Virus record (IMG/VR): IMGVR_UViG_3300021376_005091
DNA length: 20,000 nt
From: an uncultured virus (IMG/VR IMGVR_UViG_3300021376_005091)
Taxonomy: Duplodnaviria > Heunggongvirae > Uroviricota > Caudoviricetes
Strand: one strand, 5' to 3'
The notes below the pieces were generated by a model. That model was given only the letters and a program-made list of their open reading frames with translations, ran no database searches and had not been told where the DNA came from. The translations under genes were made by a program, and so were the position numbers. Positions 15,266 to 20,000 of this stretch are shown piece by piece (positions within the stretch are counted from its first letter, which is position 1; the number at the start of each line of letters is the position of its first letter).

Positions 15266-16427
15266 ATATCCTTAAAAAATTATTTAACGCTGGAAATATT
15301 TCAGAAAATTTTTCTTGCCTATACTCATCTGTCCGTCTTATCCTTCTTTTCCTTTCCGCGTCCATTTCATGAGAATGCCTGTCCGACATGTTCATAAAAT
15401 TGATTATGGACCTGTAGGGAGGTAGATGTTGGTATTTTTCTGTCACAACTTTTTTGAGCTGCTTGGGCAATGTTTGAATGTTAAAGCAGTCCGGAGCAAA
15501 CAGCGTATTCACATGAAAATATTTTGGATTGAATTCTTTCACCCAATATAATAATCTATCTAAACTTAGAATGTTGAAAATGTTTATAGTCGAGCATATT
15601 TGAAAATCAATGTTGTTGCTGCCCACAAAGTTTTTGTACTCCTTTAAATTGTCTTGCACCTCTTGCCAGCTTGCTGGATGTCTCTGGTATTCGAAAGCTG
15701 CCTCGGTATCGTCGATACTGAATGCTATCTCAACGTTCTTAAATTGGCTCCACATCCAAAACACTTTCAATGGTGGACACTTGGTGCCATTGGTGTTGTA
15801 ATGTAGATATTGCTTTTTTGAATATTCATTTTCAATGCAATGCTCCAATATCTTGAAATGATTTTCTATCATCATGGGTTCACCGCCCGTGAATTCAAAG
15901 TACTCCACATCTTTCAACACGGGTTTGATGTCTTCGAAAAAGGCAGGATTACGTTTGGGCCATTGGCCAGAATCTAGGTTTTGTTTGGCGACGGGATTCG
16001 CGCCATAATCTAATTCTTCCTGGGCCCATTTGGAACTGCTGTAACTGCCACATATGCGGCATTTGAGATTGCATATATTGCCCAATTTGAAATCAATAAA
16101 TTTAAGAGATGGTTTTGATTCTGGGGTCCACCCATTCAAACTATTTTTCATTTTATAATAGCTGTTCATTCTCTTTGATATTTTGCCCGCATCCTCTTCC
16201 TGCCAACAACTGGTACAACCTGCGGGACGTTCGCCATTGCGGAATTGATCTCTCAACTCATTCATGTATTTTGAATTTTGTATTTTATGTAGATCGTCTT
16301 TGTAAACTTTGAAATCACCTATTTCTCCTTTGTATAGGCAACAAGGTGACGCAGAGCCATTCACGTCAACTTCCAAGGAAGTCCACGGCAGCACACATAA
16401 GTTAGATTTTAGATATTTTTCCACCAT
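15258..16427 (-). CDS. Radical SAM protein with N-terminal twitch (half-SPASM) domain
   Basis: CVLPW-x13-CC...CTSC, then CNLKCRIC...SSSKW, FTGGEP, YNTNGT and FSID. Confidence 0.9.
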   Translation of the reverse strand: MVEKYLKSNLCVLPWTSLEVDVNGSASPCCLYKGEIGDFKVYKDDLHKIQNSKYMNELRDQFRNGERPAGCTSCWQEEDAGKISKRMNSYYKMKNSLNGWTPESKPSLKFIDFKLGNICNLKCRICGSYSSSKWAQEELDYGANPVAKQNLDSGQWPKRNPAFFEDIKPVLKDVEYFEFTGGEPMMIENHFKILEHCIENEYSKKQYLHYNTNGTKCPPLKVFWMWSQFKNVEIAFSIDDTEAAFEYQRHPASWQEVQDNLKEYKNFVGSNNIDFQICSTINIFNILSLDRLLYWVKEFNPKYFHVNTLFAPDCFNIQTLPKQLKKVVTEKYQHLPPYRSIINFMNMSDRHSHEMDAERKRRIRRTDEYRQEKFSEIFPALNNFLRIYE

Positions 16428-17713
16428 TCTAATAATCTTTCGTCTATCAATATTTTTTTTATATCTGTTCCACGTATCGTGTCAATTTTTTCACATCTTT
16501 TTTTTCCTGAGCGGATACCTATTTCTGCTTTTGGGTACTCCTCCCAGAAAGTTGGACGTGTCTTCATGTTTTCTAGCACATCTACTAAGCTCTTTTGCAT
16601 AGCAGTCGCTCTTGGTTTAATGTAATCTAAATTTTCATCGATCAGTTGATGCAAAAGCGGCTTTGGCAGACACATGGGAGACATAATCTGCTGTGAGTCA
16701 AAAGCAAAGGTAACCTTGGTCAATAGTTTAGCGTTCAATTGCTGCGATAGGTCAAACATGCTACGTATCTCCTGCATTCCGGGCATGGTTATCGTGAAGT
16801 CTAACTGCATCTGTCTTTTATTTCGGGCAACTGATAGTCCCTCCTTGAAATTTGCTAGAAATTTTTCATAGTCAAGTCCGGTCCTTATGTATTCTCCTAT
16901 TTCTCCTGTGCCATCTAGTGACGCACAGACCTGCCAATCTCTGAAATGTCCAAGAAGATCGAAAAGTTTTTTGCCCTTGAATTGTGTGCGACTTAGGTTA
17001 GTGTTGTATCTTACGTATACCCTGTCGCTGAATTTTAATTGAATGATTCTGTCCATTGCTGTCCAGTGTATGTCCCACATCAAGGGCTCTCCACCAACCC
17101 AATATATCTCCTCCATGCGCTTGTCCTCTATTGCATTCATGAACTCTAACACCACGGTGCTGTCTTGAAAATATGAGATCTGTTGTCTCAGTGGCGCTGC
17201 CATCCAGGGCTGCCTCTCCGGGGACCACATATCATGGCTTCTTTGTTCTGATTCCCAGCTTGAACTTAACATATCACCGCATTGCCGGCATTTGAAATTA
17301 CAAAGATTATTAAATCTATAATCAAAACTCACAGTCTTCATCTCAGTGTATCCGGTGTCGTCGGTCTTTTCAAAAGCATCGTCAATCTTGTTGCGGAACA
17401 GATGATTGAAATAGTCACGATACACGTCGGTATTGAGTAATTTGTCGTTGCACACCTGACATTCTGCCAATGTCTCACCGGACATCATTCTAGTCCTTAC
17501 ACTTTTCATGTGCTCGTTGTTCCAATGTTGGTCCAAAGTTTGAGGCTGATAATCCTTCAAGTCTCCATGCCTGTCGATGTATTGACGAAAACTCTGTGCA
17601 TTCTCCCTCGAGGCGCAACAGATCCTACGCTCTGTCTGCGGCGATAGATAGGTGTGGGTCCAGGGAGCCATGCAAAAAGTTTTATTGCCTTGGTTTGGTT
17701 TAAGTCTTTTCAT
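16409..17713 (-). CDS. Radical SAM protein with N-terminal twitch domain
   Basis: CMAPW-x13-CC...CQVC, then CNFKCRQC...SSSW, VGGEP, YNTNLS and SLDG. ATG 17713 is preferred over TTG 17722. Confidence 0.9.
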   Translation of the reverse strand: MKRLKPNQGNKTFCMAPWTHTYLSPQTERRICCASRENAQSFRQYIDRHGDLKDYQPQTLDQHWNNEHMKSVRTRMMSGETLAECQVCNDKLLNTDVYRDYFNHLFRNKIDDAFEKTDDTGYTEMKTVSFDYRFNNLCNFKCRQCGDMLSSSWESEQRSHDMWSPERQPWMAAPLRQQISYFQDSTVVLEFMNAIEDKRMEEIYWVGGEPLMWDIHWTAMDRIIQLKFSDRVYVRYNTNLSRTQFKGKKLFDLLGHFRDWQVCASLDGTGEIGEYIRTGLDYEKFLANFKEGLSVARNKRQMQLDFTITMPGMQEIRSMFDLSQQLNAKLLTKVTFAFDSQQIMSPMCLPKPLLHQLIDENLDYIKPRATAMQKSLVDVLENMKTRPTFWEEYPKAEIGIRSGKKRCEKIDTIRGTDIKKILIDERLLEWWKNI

Positions 17714-18992
17714 GTACGTCAAATAATTCTTTTAACTCACTAAACACCTCTACTATATTTTCCTGTCTAATAGTGTCATATTTCCTTGTCTGTTCAAAGA
17801 ACAACGGTAAATTTTTTGTGTTATCTTTCATCCACATCCAATTGAGGGCACTCTGATAACCCTTGGTCGCTCTGGTTAGAGGGTCCTTGCCTTTGAGCCA
17901 TTCTATGTGTTGCTTGTATTTTTTGTCCACCTGTTCCTTATATTCTTTTGGTAGATTGTCCATCCTCTGCCACTTGGGCCATTGCAACAAGTTGAAATTA
18001 AAATCCATGGGCCTAATCAGTCCTTGATCTATCCATGATCTATGAAAATCAACAACATGTAGAGCATTTATTAATCCCACTGTAGCACTGATGTAGAAAT
18101 CCACTTTGGGACATATCTCCAACATCCTTTTTCTATTTTGCACTATGTCTTTCCACACTGTGCCTTTTCTCATCAATTCTGCCCTTTCTCCCTCGGCGTC
18201 CAGGCTGGCTCCTACCGACACTGTGTCAAATTTGTTCCAAAGCTCTAACACGTCCATATCTTTGAATTTCAGTTTGCTGAAGTTGGTATTGTACACAAGT
18301 CTCACATGGTACATCTTTCTTCTATCTAATTCTTTAAGTATTCTATAATGTTCTTCCATGATCAAAGGTTCACCACCTGCGAAATAGAACTGTTCAACAT
18401 GATCGAATTGGGACAACATCTGTTCCCACAAGTCATCTGCTGTTCTGCCTACTTTCAAAATTTTTGCATGTGGAGGAGGCGAACCTGTAAGTTTTTTATG
18501 ATCTTCATACCAGTTGGAGCTGAACCATGTTCCACAACTGCGACAGGCGAAGTTGCAGAGATTGCTGAATCGTATGTCCCAGTATTTGATCACAAAATCT
18601 GCACTGCCATCAGATTTTGTTGTGTCCACTAACCCCACGTTGTGTCCAAAATGTTTGTTGGAGCTCAATCTCAGGCTGAAAAACCCTGCCTTCTCTTGAT
18701 CATAACACTTGCCACACTCTTTGCAGGGCTTGTTATCCAACATGTTCAAGCGCATCTGTTTCATCCTATCACCATTGAAAACTTCAGCAAGAGATTGCTT
18801 GTTCAAATCTCCCACATGATAGGCATCAAATGCAAAACAGCAAGGGTATGCTCGACCATCCGGATAGGCGTGCAGATGCATCCATGGCAGCATACAGAAT
18901 GTGTCGCTATCCAACAACAACTCTTTTTGACGAGTAGTCATGTTTTTTATCTTCAGTTTCTCGGGCTCTTTAGCCCCGTACTCATAGGCCAC
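17700..18992 (-). CDS. Radical SAM protein with N-terminal twitch domain
   Basis: GTG start with SD AGGAGA (19001-19006, minus strand). CMLPW-x13-CC...CGKC, then CNFACRSC...SSNW, FAGGEP, YNTN and SLDA. Confidence 0.9.
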   Translation of the reverse strand: MAYEYGAKEPEKLKIKNMTTRQKELLLDSDTFCMLPWMHLHAYPDGRAYPCCFAFDAYHVGDLNKQSLAEVFNGDRMKQMRLNMLDNKPCKECGKCYDQEKAGFFSLRLSSNKHFGHNVGLVDTTKSDGSADFVIKYWDIRFSNLCNFACRSCGTWFSSNWYEDHKKLTGSPPPHAKILKVGRTADDLWEQMLSQFDHVEQFYFAGGEPLIMEEHYRILKELDRRKMYHVRLVYNTNFSKLKFKDMDVLELWNKFDTVSVGASLDAEGERAELMRKGTVWKDIVQNRKRMLEICPKVDFYISATVGLINALHVVDFHRSWIDQGLIRPMDFNFNLLQWPKWQRMDNLPKEYKEQVDKKYKQHIEWLKGKDPLTRATKGYQSALNWMWMKDNTKNLPLFFEQTRKYDTIRQENIVEVFSELKELFDVHEKT

Positions 18993-19998
18993 GGTACCAC
19001 TCTCCTATCCTTGCGAATGTTTTCGCAAAATCTTTGCCTCTTCGCTCATCATATTGTTTATAGAAATTTTTGAAGTCAGACCTTAGTCTTGGCAAATCGA
19101 ATGCATCTGAATGAGGCGTTTTGACCACGTCTAGATAATCTATCAATCTCTGCACGTGGGACACCTCCATTAACTCGCAATGTTTTATATTGATATCCAA
19201 CCATCGGGATAGGTTATCTCGAAACTCTGAACGTAGATAGTCCGGCAACACCAATGGAGATTGGAAACTAGGAAATCTCAGTATGTTCAAGGTGAAATTT
19301 ACATTGACTCCATACACCCTCTTGGCATCTAATTTATTTCTTACTATCACATCTAGGAATTCGGGAAGTGATTCAAGACACAGTGCATTAATGGTGCACA
19401 TGTTGTGAAGGCCGGCCGGTCTGATCTGATTGATGATATTGGCAAAATTGCCATACCAGCCAGAATAGTCCATGCCGTCTCTGATATAATCCGAATGGGC
19501 ATACGTGGATTCATTGGACGTATAGATGTGTAGATTTTTTATTTTCCGACATTTATCTATGAACTTTGCAAACAATTCTGCCTTGGGCACTAGGTTAGAG
19601 TTAATGGCCAATCGCATTTTAGGATTGATACGTTCTCCCTGAGTTTCAAACCAATCCAACAATCTCCACAAGGAAGGACTCATCATGGGCTCTCCACCTG
19701 TGATCCTCAGCTCGTCCAAGGTCTTGTGCAGATCTGTTTCCCACCATCTAAAGAAAGCTTCAACGTAGGGATTTTCCTCTGTGTCTTTGTACAATTGCGC
19801 ACCATCATGAGGATGAGTGAAATGATTCCTACCATCTGATATCAAATTTTTATAAGGACCATGTTGTTTTATATCTCTCACCCACGTGGTGCTGAAAGCA
19901 GGATTGCAATAGGAACAGGCGAAATTACAGGTCCTGTCGAAAGCAATCTCCAGTGTTTTAAGATTAACGTCCTCTGTGATGGGAGTGCTGAATGCCCG
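18982..19998 (-). CDS. Radical SAM protein of the same paralogous family; 5'-truncated by window edge
   Basis: The frame stays open upstream of GTG 19881 to the edge and reads ...LEIAFDRTCNFACSYCNPAFSTTWV. Downstream are ITGGEP and INSNL, and the C-terminal YDERRG.DF..TF matches the paralogues. Confidence 0.88.
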   Translation of the reverse strand, partial: RAFSTPITEDVNLKTLEIAFDRTCNFACSYCNPAFSTTWVRDIKQHGPYKNLISDGRNHFTHPHDGAQLYKDTEENPYVEAFFRWWETDLHKTLDELRITGGEPMMSPSLWRLLDWFETQGERINPKMRLAINSNLVPKAELFAKFIDKCRKIKNLHIYTSNESTYAHSDYIRDGMDYSGWYGNFANIINQIRPAGLHNMCTINALCLESLPEFLDVIVRNKLDAKRVYGVNVNFTLNILRFPSFQSPLVLPDYLRSEFRDNLSRWLDINIKHCELMEVSHVQRLIDYLDVVKTPHSDAFDLPRLRSDFKNFYKQYDERRGKDFAKTFARIGEWYRGL

Positions 19999-20000
19999 TT

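Noticed and set aside
19879..19881. GTG 19881 as the start of the last rSAM gene
   Set aside because: The frame is open to the window edge and the CxxxCxxC motif lies upstream of this codon.
15258..19998. MoaA, PqqE or anaerobic sulfatase maturase assignments
   Set aside because: The auxiliary Cys domain is N-terminal rather than C-terminal, and no moa/pqq, RRE or sulfatase partner is present in the window.
1..20000. CRISPR arrays, tRNAs, introns/inteins, IS elements and stop-codon reassignment
   Set aside because: None was seen by eye. Intergenic gaps are very short, the proteins have normal family lengths, and TAA, TAG and TGA all end genes at sensible positions.

Overview
The window is gene-dense, has short or overlapping gene junctions and carries no cellular housekeeping operon. 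It is best read as part of a large dsDNA bacteriophage genome (large T4-superfamily-like or jumbo myovirus type); this is an inference. The plus-strand block (1-9275) encodes a Gpt-like phosphoribosyltransferase (5'-truncated), the preQ0/preQ1 transporter YhhQ, a cupin, two small ORFs missed by the ORF track (one a CHCC zinc finger resembling the complex I subunit NDUFS6/NUMM), a QueE with an expanded Cys motif, a T4 RNase H-like 5'-3' exonuclease, a MoxR-like AAA+ ATPase paired with a HEXXH+VWA protein, and many hypotheticals, with several sigma70-type promoters. The minus-strand block (9272-20000) converges on it and looks like one tightly coupled operon: at least four tandem radical SAM paralogues (three with a visible N-terminal twitch domain), an SGNH-like protein, a 34-aa DPFIY peptide, a NodU/TobZ carbamoyltransferase, a cupin, an NDP-sugar epimerase/dehydratase, a DegT aminotransferase and a duplicated glycosyltransferase-like protein. 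This is an apparent amino-sugar tailoring pathway of unknown product. A run of G-U-containing RNA hairpins lies inside the AAA ATPase CDS. No tRNA, rRNA, CRISPR array or IS element was seen.
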